Counted from the whole stretch's first letter, positions 49,291 through 61,756 are shown. The stretch is 62,568 bases of DNA, filler included, from Piptocephalis cylindrospora (GCA_003614145.1; 14 parts of 14 records of this genome joined end to end with filler, not necessarily neighbours in it); one strand, 5' to 3'. The notes: generated from the sequence alone by a model not told the origin. Translations and numbers: made by a program.

Positions 49291-49390
49291 NNNNNNNNNN
49301 NNNNNNNNNNNNNNNNNNNNNNNNNNNNNNNNNNTTAATTAATTAANNNNNNNNNNNNNNNNNNNNNNNNNNNNNNNNNNNNNNNNNNNN
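49291..49390. other. Artificial contig linker
   Basis: N44-TTAATTAATTAA-N44. Confidence 0.97.
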
Positions 49391-51101
49391 GGGAAACGTA
49401 ACCGGGAATCTCGTTGAGGGTCTTGTACAAGGCATTGGTCTCGTTGTGGAAGGTGCTGACCTCCTCGGGATCGTAGTTATTCATGCGAATAAAGTCGTCA
49501 GACAGGGGGGGGATAGCATGCAGGATGTTAAGGAGGAAACGGTCACTGTCTTCGCTATCGTCCTGCTCCTCGTCCGTGGAGTTGCGGTCCGTGGGGTTGG
49601 AGAAATTGGCGACGATGGACATGTTCTTGCCGGCCTCACCAGTGACGTTGACATTGACAGAGTCGGAAAGATTGGTCTTTTGAAGGACGTGGTTGATGGA
49701 CTCGGTCAGGTTAGCGGGGTCAAGGGCATTATGGAGGGTGTCGGTAAGGTTGTTTTGGCTAATGACATTGTTGACCAGGTCACTGATGGATCGACGTTCT
49801 AGAGAAGATGTGCTGTCCACAGAATCCGAGGGGGTGCTAGTCTGGTGCTGCTTCTTCGTCTTCTTACTACTACTTTTGGGGGTCGTGGTGCTGTCAGTAG
49901 ATGAAGGGCTGGTCTGGGCTTGGTTGTTTGAGGAAGGAGAAGATTGATCAAGGGCCTTGGCAATATCATCGTCATGGTAAGGGACGTAATCATAGCAGAG
50001 CTTGTGGGTGTCTATGGAATCTGCGATGGTAGCGTCTAGACCGGGGAGGGGAGACTTGAGAGAAAGAGTCTTCTTGTGGACATCCAGGCCGGAGAATCGG
50101 GTCACACGCTTGGAATCTTCCTTCTGCCACTGCCAGTAGATCTGGTCTATGAAGCCATGATGGCCCCAGAAGATGGGATCGGAGGGAGAGGCCATGGATC
50201 TCATGGCGCCACCCACTTGGTTGTGGAGATAAGGATGGATGTCGAGTTCGAGACGCTTGCGAAACTTGGCAAAGGTGGTGGCCTCAGACAAGGCCTTGGT
50301 AATAACCTCGGTGGAAGGGAGGGCACCGACGGCCTTTCCCTTGAGGTAACTACGCTGGAGACACCCGCTCTTGGGGTACATGACCTGGAAGTCGGCAAAG
50401 ACGCCGTCGGTAACACACTGTTTCTTACCCTTGCCGTTACCGCCATAGTAGGAGTTACCGAAAACGACGCACGCTTCAGCGGCCTGGGAATCCAGATCCC
50501 AGCGCCAGTAGGGGGCACAGATGGAGGGGTCGATCTCTTGGAGAAGCTGCTCGAACTTACGGAGATAGAGACGATGCCAATCGGGGAAGATGTCATTGCT
50601 ATGGATTTCCTTGGTGTTATCGAGATGGATTTTGACGAAACGGTCGTACTTTGTGGGCTTGGGACCAGAGTTGAGCTTTTTAATGGCGTTAAAGTAGGTA
50701 GTACGCTCGGTTTCGGAAAGGGAGCGAATCTCCCTACGATGACAAACCTTTGTGCAGGAAGCAGGGAAGCCCGAGTCCGTGGAGGAGGAGGCGGAGTTTT
50801 CTGAGGAAAGGTCAGTGGAAGAGAGATCCGAGGGCAAGGCTGAACCAGCAGCCGAGGAGTTCACGGATGGAAGGTCACTGCCAGCAGTGGTGGAGGTGTT
50901 GAAGTTATGGCTGCCGGCAGCCTGGTTGGAGCTCAACAGAGAGGGAGCAAATGAGTTCAGATCCGAAGAATCGGAGGTTCCGCTTTGGTTGAGAGCCTCT
51001 TTGGCCTGATCAACGGAGGAGGGACTAAAGGTGGGAGAGTCGCGGGCGGCGAGGGCCATACCAAGGATGGCACAACATAGAAGGGCCTTGAAGTGGTGCA
51101 T
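49391..51101 (-). CDS. Secreted tyrosinase (type-3 di-copper protein), 3' partial
   Basis: Signal MHHFKALLCCAILGMALAA; RREIRSLS; CuA H...H..FPDWHR; PYWRW; CuB HPYLH..VGG..SPSDPIFWGHHGFID. Confidence 0.93.
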
Positions 51102-53276
51102 CTTTGAGTTGTAGATAGATGAACCGGTATGATTACGCCGCACTGATAGAATGGGGGGAGGGGGTGAAAAGAGGGGGGAGGGGGGAAAGAGAGGGATGAT
51201 GGTTGGGGGAGGGAAGAGGGGGAAGTGGGATGGGATGGGATAGGAAGAGAAAGGGCGGGATGTGAATAGAAGGATGGTGGACATCTTTTTATGGCGGAGT
51301 TTGAGTCTACATCTGGGGAGGCGGAGTAGGTTGGACCGAAAAGGGCTCACAAAGGTATGGGATGTGAAGGAATTGACAGGAGAGGAGAAGTGCTTGGCTT
51401 TTGTGCTGTGCTCATACGGGACAACAACGGGATGTGAGTGGATGGAGGGAGCTGAGGGAGCTGAGGGAGCTGGGGAAATGGGTGATATATCGCGCGCATC
51501 CCAACCGTTTGCGATGATAAGGGGTCCCAAAAGGTCGGAGGAGAGGGGATAAAAGACCCTTGTTTGAGAAAGATCTCTGTACAAAGGGAAGCAGGGTGGA
51601 CTCTGATGCGCCTTGGGATGTGAGGCGGGTTAGTCGTGGTGCTCGTAGGGATATTTAAAGAATGTTTCATTCATTTAGTGAGAAACATGTGGGGGTACAT
51701 TCTAAAGGACTTATTTTTAGGGTGGTGAATGGTGACTGTAGCGTTGCTGATGAGGATATAGGGTGAGGGAGAGCAAATGAAGGAGCTGACGAAAGAATCA
51801 ATAAAAGGGAGTAGTTTAGCGGAAAGGCCATGAGGGGGGGGAGAGGAGCCTCTAGCTCACCATCGTCCTGGATCACAGGGTATCGCCTTCATCGGATTAT
51901 AAAGAAGGGAAAGAGCACAGAGTCGTCTTGGAGGGAGACACAATGAGCCTTGTCAAGGCTCGTTCTTCCATCCCAGGACCAGGACGTGTCACTTGACAAA
52001 GGGATACGGTGGGAAGTTCTAGGACATCTTTCACACTCAGCTTCGCTGACCCGCACTGCAGTGCCTTTTGACTGAATCGCATGGAAATGAGCAGACGAGT
52101 GTACAGCTCATACTCTATGGACTGGGGCTACAGGTGCAGTCATTGTGTTTCCCCCTAGTGGGACAGACGCTAAGACGATCCGAACACATGACCCGCTCCG
52201 TGGCCGATGTGTAGGAGGCCAGGATCCAAAGTTCCCGATGCAGAATTTGATTTCATTCTCAGCCAAGAGCATCCTAAGGACCCAGATCCGGATCCAGCCT
52301 CATTGACAGGATCAATATTTTTGCATAGTTTTCAATAATGGATAGTTTTCGACGACGGATCGACCGACCATTGGCCAGCACGTCGCCTCTCCTCCCTCCA
52401 ACCCAGGGACATGTTCTGCAATGCAAAAGTCCTAAAGATACACCCTCTTGACCGGCACAGCCCAACACATGGCTGGACAAATCCTCCTCCGAGCAAGAAT
52501 AGATCGCTAGACGTGTCGCCACTGCCAGAGAACCAATTGTGCCCTTCCCCATCGACCTGATGTGCTGCTGTCTGACCTACCTTACGCCGGCCCTACAGCC
52601 CAATCTGTCTTGGGAAATCGACCCCATCGTTCGTCTGCCTTGACGAAAAGGCACTGTCGGCCAATCCTCCCCTGGACGCTGTGGCACCTGAGATACTGGG
52701 CTGGATGTGCCGCAGCTAAAATCACCTCCATGCCCCCACACCGAATTTCAACTCCGCCAGAAGAGGCATTTTCCCCTCCCAGGGGATTTCAACTCCGTCT
52801 TCCGTGCAGAAGCGGTTGAGTCATTTTCCCAGCTAGGGGACTCTAAATCTATTTTCTACCTTCCCTTCCTTCCTGGTTGGATCCCCGGCCATTCTTGTCA
52901 TGCTAGGCGACCAAATGTCCCTCCTGACTGGTCCATGTCGTACCAAGCTCTTCTCCATACCTCCCTGTCTCCTGCGTATTTGTTCCTCCATTGTCTGTGA
53001 GTCCCGGGACCTGGCCTCCTCAAGTACAAATAGCGCATGATGCCAGGTCTTGCCCAGCCCCGATCCTTGCCTTTTCCTTCGCCCTTACATCCTCATCTCA
53101 TCTTTCATAGTCGCCATCCTCACCCCCACCCCTATCATCCCATCTCCCTCCTCCCTCCCCCTCCTCTTCCCCCTCCCTCGCAGAAGCATCTGGTTCTCAC
53201 ACCACCCCTCCTTACCCCCATCCTATTTTCCTAGTTGTAATTGCTTGCCCGTCTCCCTTTCCCCAGCCCTTTCACC

Positions 53277-53719
53277 ATGAAGTCCCCAGTTTTGGCCGCT
53301 CTCCTCCTGGCACTAAGCATCCCCTACCTCGGCGGGTCCTCGGCCCAGTCCAACCCGGCACCTAGCCCGATCACGGACTTGCCCCCCGTGACCAACGCCA
53401 CGCCCGTCTCGCCTCCCGTTGCCCCCTCCGCAGCCGCGCCCTCCGCCTCGAGCCCGGCCCCTACTGCATCCGCTCCCGCCGCAAGCGGCTCGGCCTCGGC
53501 TGCACCCACGGCTTCGGCTTCGGCCCCGGCCTCGGCATCCCCCTCAGCATCGTCATCGGCCCCGGCCCCCTCCTCCTCGGCCGCCCCGGCGACCAACGGC
53601 ACTCAGGGCTGCGCCAACGTGTGCCATCGTCAGGAAATCCGCACCCTCTCCACGTCGCAGAGGACGGCGTTCTTCAACGCCATCAAGCAGCTCAACTCCG
53701 GTGCCAAACCCACCAAGTA
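53277..53719 (+). CDS. Second secreted tyrosinase paralog, 5' part
   Basis: Signal peptide, Ala/Ser/Pro-rich stalk, then CANVCHRQEIRTLS..RTAFFNAIKQLNSGAKPTK, closely matching the neighbour's CTKVCHRREIRSLS..RTTYFNAIKKLNSGPKPTK. Confidence 0.85.
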
Positions 53720-53819
53720 NNNNNNNNNNNNNNNNNNNNNNNNNNNNNNNNNNNNNNNNNNNNTTAATTAATTAANNNNNNNNNNNNNNNNNNNNNNNNN
53801 NNNNNNNNNNNNNNNNNNN
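53720..53819. other. Artificial contig linker
   Basis: N44-TTAATTAATTAA-N44. Confidence 0.97.
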
Positions 53820-55954
53820 CCTGCTCTCTCACACATCATGATGAGGGTGCTCCTCCCCCGCTCGCCCCTCTCTTTCTCCTGTACAATAGGGTCTGGGAGG
53901 AAGGGGGGTGTATCAGAAGGTGCAAAGCCATGGATAGGAGAATAGGACAAAGAAGGTTAGAGTCAATGTCTCTCTCTTTTTCTTGGCCATGTCTTGGATA
54001 GGATCCATTCATCATCACATCACCCACGTCTGGGGTAATGTTATTATTATTGGCAATTCGGAGGGGAAAGACGTTTCAGCTTCCTCTTGCCACTTTCCAT
54101 CCCTTGAAGAGAGCAGAGGATGGTGGATTCGGATGAATAGGATAGCATTGCATCGATGCTCTCTAGAAGTGTGAGGGAGGGAGGGGGATCAAGCATCATC
54201 CATCCCATCCCTCGGTCAAGAGTCTATACCCAAACACCACTGGGAGGAGAATAGAGATAGCTCGTAAGCTGGTGGATATATAGACACGAAGATCGTCCTA
54301 CATTCAAACAATAAACAGCCATGGGTAAACCCTCCTCCCACCTTCTCCCATTCAATCGCCATCAACAAGGCCTACAGCTTTGCCGCTCTGATCAAGATAA
54401 TGACCTTTGTCCCCCCATCTGTATCACACTCCCGCTGTGTAACGTTGGACGAGCCAAGACGACCTGTCTTCCCATTCCACCCGCAAGGAAGGATGCATCA
54501 ACATGACCAGGGCACGATTAGGAAAGATCATGCGGAGAGATGTGCGACACTTCTATCCCCCACTTTCGCAGAAGAGACCATGCACATAGTGTGTAACGGG
54601 CGGGGAGGGGAGGTGTCAGGGCCCCCTTCCCAGAGATAGGGGGTCACAACAGCATGGACAGGAAGAGCTCTTCATCTTGATCTAGATGGCTTAGTCAGCA
54701 TCCGTGTTGACACCCCTCCAGCCTGTGGTTGCTTCTTTCCTTGGGATCCAGGACGGATGGATAGATCCCATCCTCTGCTCCAAACCCCAGGAATCCGCCC
54801 ATCTCCCTCCTTCTCATGGTATCTTGCATGACCAGGGTTGATCCCCCACCCCCCGTCCATCCCCATCACGATTCCCCTGGCCTCTTGGACATATGTCCTA
54901 ACCAGAGATCAGGTGAGCAAGGGGACTGGGAAGGAGGAAGGGTTTGACAGGGTTTCTCCCTCTCACTCCGCCAGGTCACAGAGACACATGCTAACCGGAG
55001 TAGATGAGGGATCAGGGCATGTGACCAGGACCAGTTCCGACTGGGAGTAAATTCCTCCTCATCTCATCTGGAAAGCACGAAGATCTAGTCGCTGGACGAA
55101 CGATATCATCTACGCCGCGGTGTGTGTGTGTGTGTGGCCGCCACGAAGATAAAGTATGGTGTCACATTCATATCGAGGAAGAAATGAAAGGAGCATCTCA
55201 GCAGAGGCAGAAAGAGGAAATGCCGATTTATTATTAGCGAGATGGGTGCTATCTCTCAGAGAGAAATGCCAAGGACGCGTGCCCTAGGTAAACATCTCAT
55301 GCAACCTTGATCTTGAATGACGCTATCCTAAAGCACCGGCCCGTGGACGAAATCATATGTTTAGACTCCCTTACCTACCCCGCCTGGGGAAAGTGTACAT
55401 AGCTTTACCATCCTTCTCCTTTTAGTGTCATCCGGATGGGGTAAATCGCGCTTGAATACATTGGAAAAATGGATGGATACTAACAGGCAAAATACTCTCA
55501 ATGTTCATCCTAATCCGAACCGGACGGTATTTGAACGGTGCGGTTGGATCAACAACTGTCGATCCCAAGGACTCCTTCACCCCGCTCATCCCCCGTCATC
55601 CCATGTTGCTACTTACAGCTAGCCTTAGTCTCTCCCCCATCCACCAAGAGATCACCGTCTCGGTGAAGATGTCCATGTTCCTCCGACTATAGACTACCAT
55701 GATCGAGGTCTCTCTCTCTCTTGAAGAACACCACCGAGCCTTGAGGATTTTCTACACGTCTAGCATTCCCCAGTGAGACACCCGAGTACACCATCCATCA
55801 ACAAGACCGCCATACAAGTCGAGAGCCTTGATCGCCCCTCCCGCGAATATGCACAGATACACGAACCGCGCCACACTTCATAAAAAAAACAAGCTCCACT
55901 AAGCCCCCTTCCTCCTCCTACTCTTCTTCACGCACCCACAACACTTTTCCCGTC

Positions 55955-57242
55955 ATGCCCCCCCCGTTGACCCTAAAGCAACTTCCCGATGATGTCCTCA
56001 TCCTCCTCTTGAGCCAGCTGTCCCCAAGTGAGATATACAGCATGGCCCAGACCTGCCAACGACTTCTCCGCATTGCCACCTCGGACTACATCTTCCGGTC
56101 CCTGTGCATCCGTTACCGTCAGATCAGCTACAAACCCTCCGACTCAACATGGAAGGCCTGGTATGCCAACGAGGCTGAAATCTCCAAGTGTTGCTCCCAC
56201 CTCTCCCAATGCAACGACCCTACCCGATGGAAGGAGAGGGCCAAGCACAACCGTCACATCCGCCAATCCCTCCCGACAGACGGCCCTCTGTGCGAGACAT
56301 GCATCTCCACCGCCGCCGTCGCCGACTCGCCCGGTATACCCCCTCCCCACACCCCCTACTGCCGGGGCCCTACCGACATCTGGCTCTGTCTCGAGGCCGG
56401 CTGCTCCTCGTACGCCTGTGGTCGAAACTATGCTCGTCATGCCCTAGACCACCACCACGCCTCCCAACACTCCTTGGTCATCCGTGCCGTCGGGCCCCCA
56501 GAAGCCTGGTGTTACGAATGTAGCCAATGGCTCGGTGATCCCTCCAGGCCTCTGGCCGAACAACAGATGATCCAGCGGTTACGCGCCTCCTTTTGACTCG
56601 GTCCTCCTCGAGGTCGGTCGGCCCTCCGAGGAGGAAATTCGCATTCGCGACCGTAGGAGACGAGAACGTGATCGACGCTTCGTCATCCCAGGTCGTCCTC
56701 TCGTCCTGGTCGAGGCCTCCTGGTACAATCAATGGATGGACTTTCTCCGTGGCGACCTCCAAATTCCCCCGGGCCCAGTCGACAATGAACCCCTCATGGC
56801 CGGCGTCACCCCGGCCGAGAGGCACCCTGGGCCCGACTCCCGTCTCTTTGTGGATTATTACCTCCTTGATGCTGGCATCTGGGAGGAAATTGTCGTCCCT
56901 GATTACGGAGGCGGTCCCCGTATCGATGTGACTGACCTCACTGGTCATCTCTACACCAGTATGATCCGGGAAATTCGTAGCTACCTCGTCATGCTCATCG
57001 AGGTCCATCTACAGCGTGCCCGCCGTGAAGGCACCGACCCCCTTCTCGATGGCGATGTCGAGGAAGAGGCCTTCTTCGCCTTTGATGGAGACCTCGCCGA
57101 AGTAGATGGCGATGGTGACGACGACCTGGATGATATCGACGAGGCTGAGGGTCATTGGGCACCAGAGCTTGGACTGGATGAGGATGCTGGTGCTGACGAT
57201 GAGGATTGGCCAACTGATGTAAGTCTGGATGAGGACTGGTAG
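55955..57242 (+). CDS. F-box + ZnF-UBP + DUSP-domain protein, split by a +1 frameshift at 56591-56596
   Basis: LKQLPDDVLILLLSQL (F-box); WLCL..C..ACGR...HALDH..SQHSL...WCYEC (ZnF-UBP); in the +1 frame LVEASWYNQWMDF..PGPVDNEPL..DYYLL..IWEEI..YGGGP (DUSP); acidic tail. Confidence 0.85.
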
Positions 57243-58148
57243 ATCGTGCATGGGTACCGCCGTGTCATTCGCGCTTTCCCCCCCATATATGAGTAAGGAA
57301 TGGATTTCTGTATAACCATGGTCATGAAAGGCTGGTCCGTTTGAATTGGAAGGACAATACGGGATCAAGACACTGGGGCAATGGATGATCAGCCAATTCG
57401 TGAGCACAAGTCATCTTCGACGTTAATATATAATGTATATAAATACTCCACGTATATCTCGGGTGACAGCGAAGTTATGACGGCACACGAAATTTTCCCT
57501 CCTCCAATAGGCGCTAACCGCTCCCCCCTACCCCAGATCCTCCCCCAGAGGATCTAGAAAATTTTCTTTTTTAAATATGGGTTTAGGTGCGCGTCACCTG
57601 GCGAGAGTGTACAGCCAGGGACACGCTCTGGGTGATGTGACAGCAAGCTGCACAACGACCCACCCCACTCAAAAATAGATGTGATATTGTTCCCGGCTGT
57701 GCCGGGAATATTAGTTATCACACTAATAAGAACAGATACTACACTTGATCTTAGCCAATAGGCAAGAATGGATGTGGAACCAAGAGTCTGGTTGTAATGG
57801 CGACTCCAGCCTCCAGATATATATAGGAGGAGAGTAATTGTGGGATACTAGTTTTTGAGCAAATGGAGCAAAACTGGCAAACGTGTGGCGTGGGTGGGTC
57901 GGAGTCAGAGTAGTCATGATGAGGAGATAGTGTGGGTTCCAAGATCGTGTTGAAACTGCCCTCACACCCACTACACGTCAAACCAGACACACACAGCCAA
58001 GGAAACCTAGTAGTAGTCAAGGATATAGAATCCAGCACATACACAAAGATGCTCTAAGGGTTGATTCTGCTTGACCAAGCCATCGTTGATCAGAGATATT
58101 ATAGTTATCCAAGGAGAATCCTTTAACGTCTTATACGTCAGAGTATAG

Positions 58149-58248
58149 NNNNNNNNNNNNNNNNNNNNNNNNNNNNNNNNNNNNNNNNNNNNTTAATTAA
58201 TTAANNNNNNNNNNNNNNNNNNNNNNNNNNNNNNNNNNNNNNNNNNNN
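58149..58248. other. Artificial contig linker
   Basis: N44-TTAATTAATTAA-N44. Confidence 0.97.
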
Positions 58249-58391
58249 GAGCCAGTGGTCTCACTTCCTTTCCCCTTTCTCCGACCTTCTCTCCACTTTC
58301 CTCCACCATTTAATCTCTATCCTTCATCACTTGGACAAACACTTTCTATCACACTGTCTCAACACCATTTCATTCCATCTTGATCCCCATC

Positions 58392-59573
58392 ATGATCTCA
58401 CTCCATCGCACAGCTCATCCTGGAGGGCTTCTTTCCCCACATCCCATCCTGGCCGAGAGATGGATAGGAAGCCTCACCTCTTCCACTTGCAAAAATACGC
58501 GCTTGACTTCCTGGGGAAGGTCCATGTGCACAAGCTCCCTCCAGTACAAGCCCCCATCCCCCATCATGAGACCTTGTCATCTCTCCACCAAGCCCATCTT
58601 CCCCATTCTCCAGGCTCATACTATCCCAAGGGCCATGTCGCAAACCACGAATGCCCCTATAATGGGAGTTTTCCGTGTAGCCTCACACTGCCGTTCCTTT
58701 TTTTCTCTCCCACCCACAGGCAAATCGGGTGCACCAGATGTCAGTCCCATCAACTCCAATGCCGAGAATCCCGATCATCCCACCCAATTCCACTCTTCCT
58801 TACATGAGGTGCACCCGCTTCCCATTCGACAGGAATTCATCTCCCAGCGACTCAACACCAAGGAGCTCGAGGAACTCGATATTGGCCTGAATCAGCACCG
58901 GATTCCCAAGGGCATGGGCGATCACATTGCCCTGGGCATCGTCAAGGCCCTGCGTGTCCCTGCCGATCTATTCTTCCGGAAAAAGTACGTTCATCGCGCC
59001 GTCGTCCTCGAGACCGTCGCAGCCGTTCCTGGTATGGTTGGTGCGGTTGTCCGCCATCTTCAGTCCCTACGGCTCATGCGCCATGATGGAGGCTGGATTG
59101 CCCATCTCCTCCACGAGGCTGAGAATGAACGCATGCACCTTCTCACCTGGATGCGCATCTCCTCCCCCACCTTCCTGGAGCGCATGCTCGTCACCGTCGT
59201 TCAGGGTGGCTTCTTTACCATCTTCTTTTCTTGCTACCTCTTCTTCCCCCGTATCTGTCATCGCATGGTCGGATACCTAGAGGAGGAGGCCATTATCTCC
59301 TACAATGGATTCCTCAAGGAAATTGACAACGGTCACATTGACAATTGTCCCGCCCCAGACATTGCCATTACCTACTGGAACCTCCCGTCCGATGCCCGAC
59401 TTCGCGACGTTGTCCTCGCCGTACGCGCTGACGAGGCCAATCACCGGGATGTCAATCATGAGCTCTCCGACCGCATCGGCCAACATCGCGAGAACCTTCG
59501 CGCCCCAATCTCGGAACCTCCTATGGACCAGAGTGCTCATCAGGTCTGGCAGAAGCCTGGGAAATCCGATTAA
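58392..59573 (+). CDS. AOX: Mitochondrial alternative oxidase
   Basis: Di-iron motifs LETVAAVPGMVG, EAENERMHL, GYLEEEA and RADEANHR; start ATG uncertain. Confidence 0.96.
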   Translation: MISLHRTAHPGGLLSPHPILAERWIGSLTSSTCKNTRLTSWGRSMCTSSLQYKPPSPIMRPCHLSTKPIFPILQAHTIPRAMSQTTNAPIMGVFRVASHCRSFFSLPPTGKSGAPDVSPINSNAENPDHPTQFHSSLHEVHPLPIRQEFISQRLNTKELEELDIGLNQHRIPKGMGDHIALGIVKALRVPADLFFRKKYVHRAVVLETVAAVPGMVGAVVRHLQSLRLMRHDGGWIAHLLHEAENERMHLLTWMRISSPTFLERMLVTVVQGGFFTIFFSCYLFFPRICHRMVGYLEEEAIISYNGFLKEIDNGHIDNCPAPDIAITYWNLPSDARLRDVVLAVRADEANHRDVNHELSDRIGQHRENLRAPISEPPMDQSAHQVWQKPGKSD

Positions 59574-59923
59574 AGGATCGGTTCAACATACCGAGTCCAC
59601 TCAAAGTGTGTTGTCCCCCCATTCGTCGTCATTAGAAAGAGGAGCACGCAGATATTAGAGGGCGGGTAGGGGATCGATTCCCCATTTCAGCACCAACAGT
59701 GCCTTCCAAATCATTTTATCGTTCGTACACAATGTATCATGCCAGGCTTTAATCGCGTCTACTGAATTACTGAATTAGGAAGAAAATGTCACTCTTGTGT
59801 TGCATTGGCAAAGTAGTATCGTCATTTTATAGATCATACATCATCTCCTTGATCTCTATACCGATAAAAATCAACCAAATTATCCTGTCCTAGTCCACAT
59901 TCATCCCATTCCATCCCATCCAT

Positions 59924-61028
59924 CTACGCTTCATCTTCATCACTACTACCCTCCCAGGCCTTTCCTTCGTTTATCTTTTTTCCTCTCTTCCCATCTATCT
60001 TCTCCTCAACCTCCTCTTCTTCAGAAGGTCGCGTAAACACATAAGTCCGAGGATCCTTGTCCAGGATTTCCACATTGTCCCGATGACTCAGACCTTCCTT
60101 GAATCCCAGGGTCCGACGGTGCTCGTATCCAGGCCACCGCTTACAATCAAATTGGAAGCTGATGGCACATTTTAATGGAGGTTCCGTCCTTCGGGCCAGC
60201 GCCTTGATCCTCCACGCATCATACGGCGCCTTGGTCTTGATCGTGATATGGATCTCTCCTTGCTTCTCCGCCTCAGTCTCGCTCAGTAAGGGTTGAGCCG
60301 ATGTGAGGAAAGATGTGATAAGCTGTTGGTTGGCCCTGATGTTCCTATTCTGATCTTTAATCCCAGCGCCTACTCAGTCCATCATTTAAGAAAATGGGAA
60401 GTTAGCTTGACTTGATGTTCCAGCCTCGCCCGTATTCTTCCGTCCTTACCGACATGAGGGAAATTAAAAATGATTCGAGTAAAGGATTTGCCCCGAAGTT
60501 CCTTGCACTGTCCAAGAGCTGTGGCATCCACTCCGAACAACACAAGTGCCTCACAATCCCGTAGGTACTGAACATTCTCCCCTACCTCGGCCTCGCCGTA
60601 CTTTTGTATCGCCACCGCCTCCTCATCAAATGCCGTCGCCACCACTTGATGTCCTGTGTGCAGATAATTTTCAATCAAAGATCGCGCAAAGCTGAAATTT
60701 CCTATAGAAGAATTTGGGCGTAGGTGAGTGCCGTCGACATTCGACCTCATGCTACTCGGTACACAGATCCTCTGGCATTCCTACCTTCTCCAACCAACAA
60801 AACAGCATCGTCGGGTGTGTAAGCCCGGGACATGATGCGGTCAAGGGCATTAAGTGAGGCCTCTTTGGCCGCCCTACGTGCCTTGACACGGTCCTTGCGA
60901 GTAGAGCCATACGGGCTGCCCTTGGCCATGCTTTCCTGAGCAGCCAGGGCCGCTGCTTGCTTCTTCTTCTTGGCCGTCTTCTCGACCAGGCTAGCCAACG
61001 ATGCCTTAAGTTTAGGTGCTTTGGGCAT
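59924..61028 (-). CDS. 25S rRNA uridine-N3 methyltransferase BMT5-like (DUF2431), 3 exons
   Basis: LLVGEG|NFSFARSL, GVDAT, IIFNFPHVG|AGIKDQNRNI and GYEHRRTLG. Confidence 0.9.
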
Positions 61029-61369
61029 GGTAGCGGGATCGGAGGGAAGGGGAAAGGCGGCTATGAAGGGGCTAGGGCAGTACTGTCTCACTTTCCCTTT
61101 TCTTTTTTGCTTCCCGATCATCCCTCCCACTACAGACTGATGATAAAAAAATTGCATCTATTTTTTAAAAATGTTCCACCACAGCCTAGGACAAGTCACT
61201 AGAAAAAGAGGAGGAAAGCCGCTCACTTCATCACCCCTTCCTTGGGCAATGCAGCAGAAACTGATGCCCGAGGTCGCGCGTACAGGCGCGCAACATTCAC
61301 TTGGACATACCTTTTTCCCCAGATACCATCTTACTTCTTTCCTCACTCTCCATCCTCATCCTAGCCATC

Positions 61370-61756
61370 ATGTCCTTTTTCGGTGGAAACTCCTCTAGCG
61401 GACCGTACGGTCTCTCCCGTGGCAACCAGGCTGTAGACGAGGCCAAGATCGCCATGGCTGAGCAGCAGATGAACATGTTTACTGATATCTTTGAGCGGTA
61501 GGTCATACTGTGCCTTTGGGTTCGTCAACCCCCTCTCCGTTCGTCTCATTCTTCCCCTTGCCCTCTCCTTACATATAGCATGTCATCTTTGTGCCAAACA
61601 AAGTGTATTGCCACCAAGTACACCGACTCGGACCTTACCAAGGGCGAATCGGTGTGCACTGACCGGTGCGTCTCCAAGTACTTCCAAGTTGGAACCATGA
61701 TCGACAAGAAGTTCGTTGCCAAGAGTGAGGCCGAAGCCGCCATGCAATCTTCTTAG
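61370..61756 (+). CDS. TIM10: Small Tim chaperone Tim10 (2 exons)
   Basis: AEQQMNMFTDIFER|..CQTKC...LTKGESVCTDRCVSKY twin CX3C. Confidence 0.92.

Noticed and set aside
56594..56596. TGA as selenocysteine or stop readthrough
   Set aside because: The same frame hits TAG soon after and has no domain similarity; the DUSP domain is in the +1 frame
56578..56612. Tiny intron removing the TGA in the F-box gene
   Set aside because: Weak donor (GTTACG), only 35 nt, and the length does not restore the DUSP frame
4440..58248. Regularly spaced TTAATTAATTAA as a biological repeat or CRISPR-like array
   Set aside because: Always centred in N runs and encodes stops in all six frames; an artificial spacer
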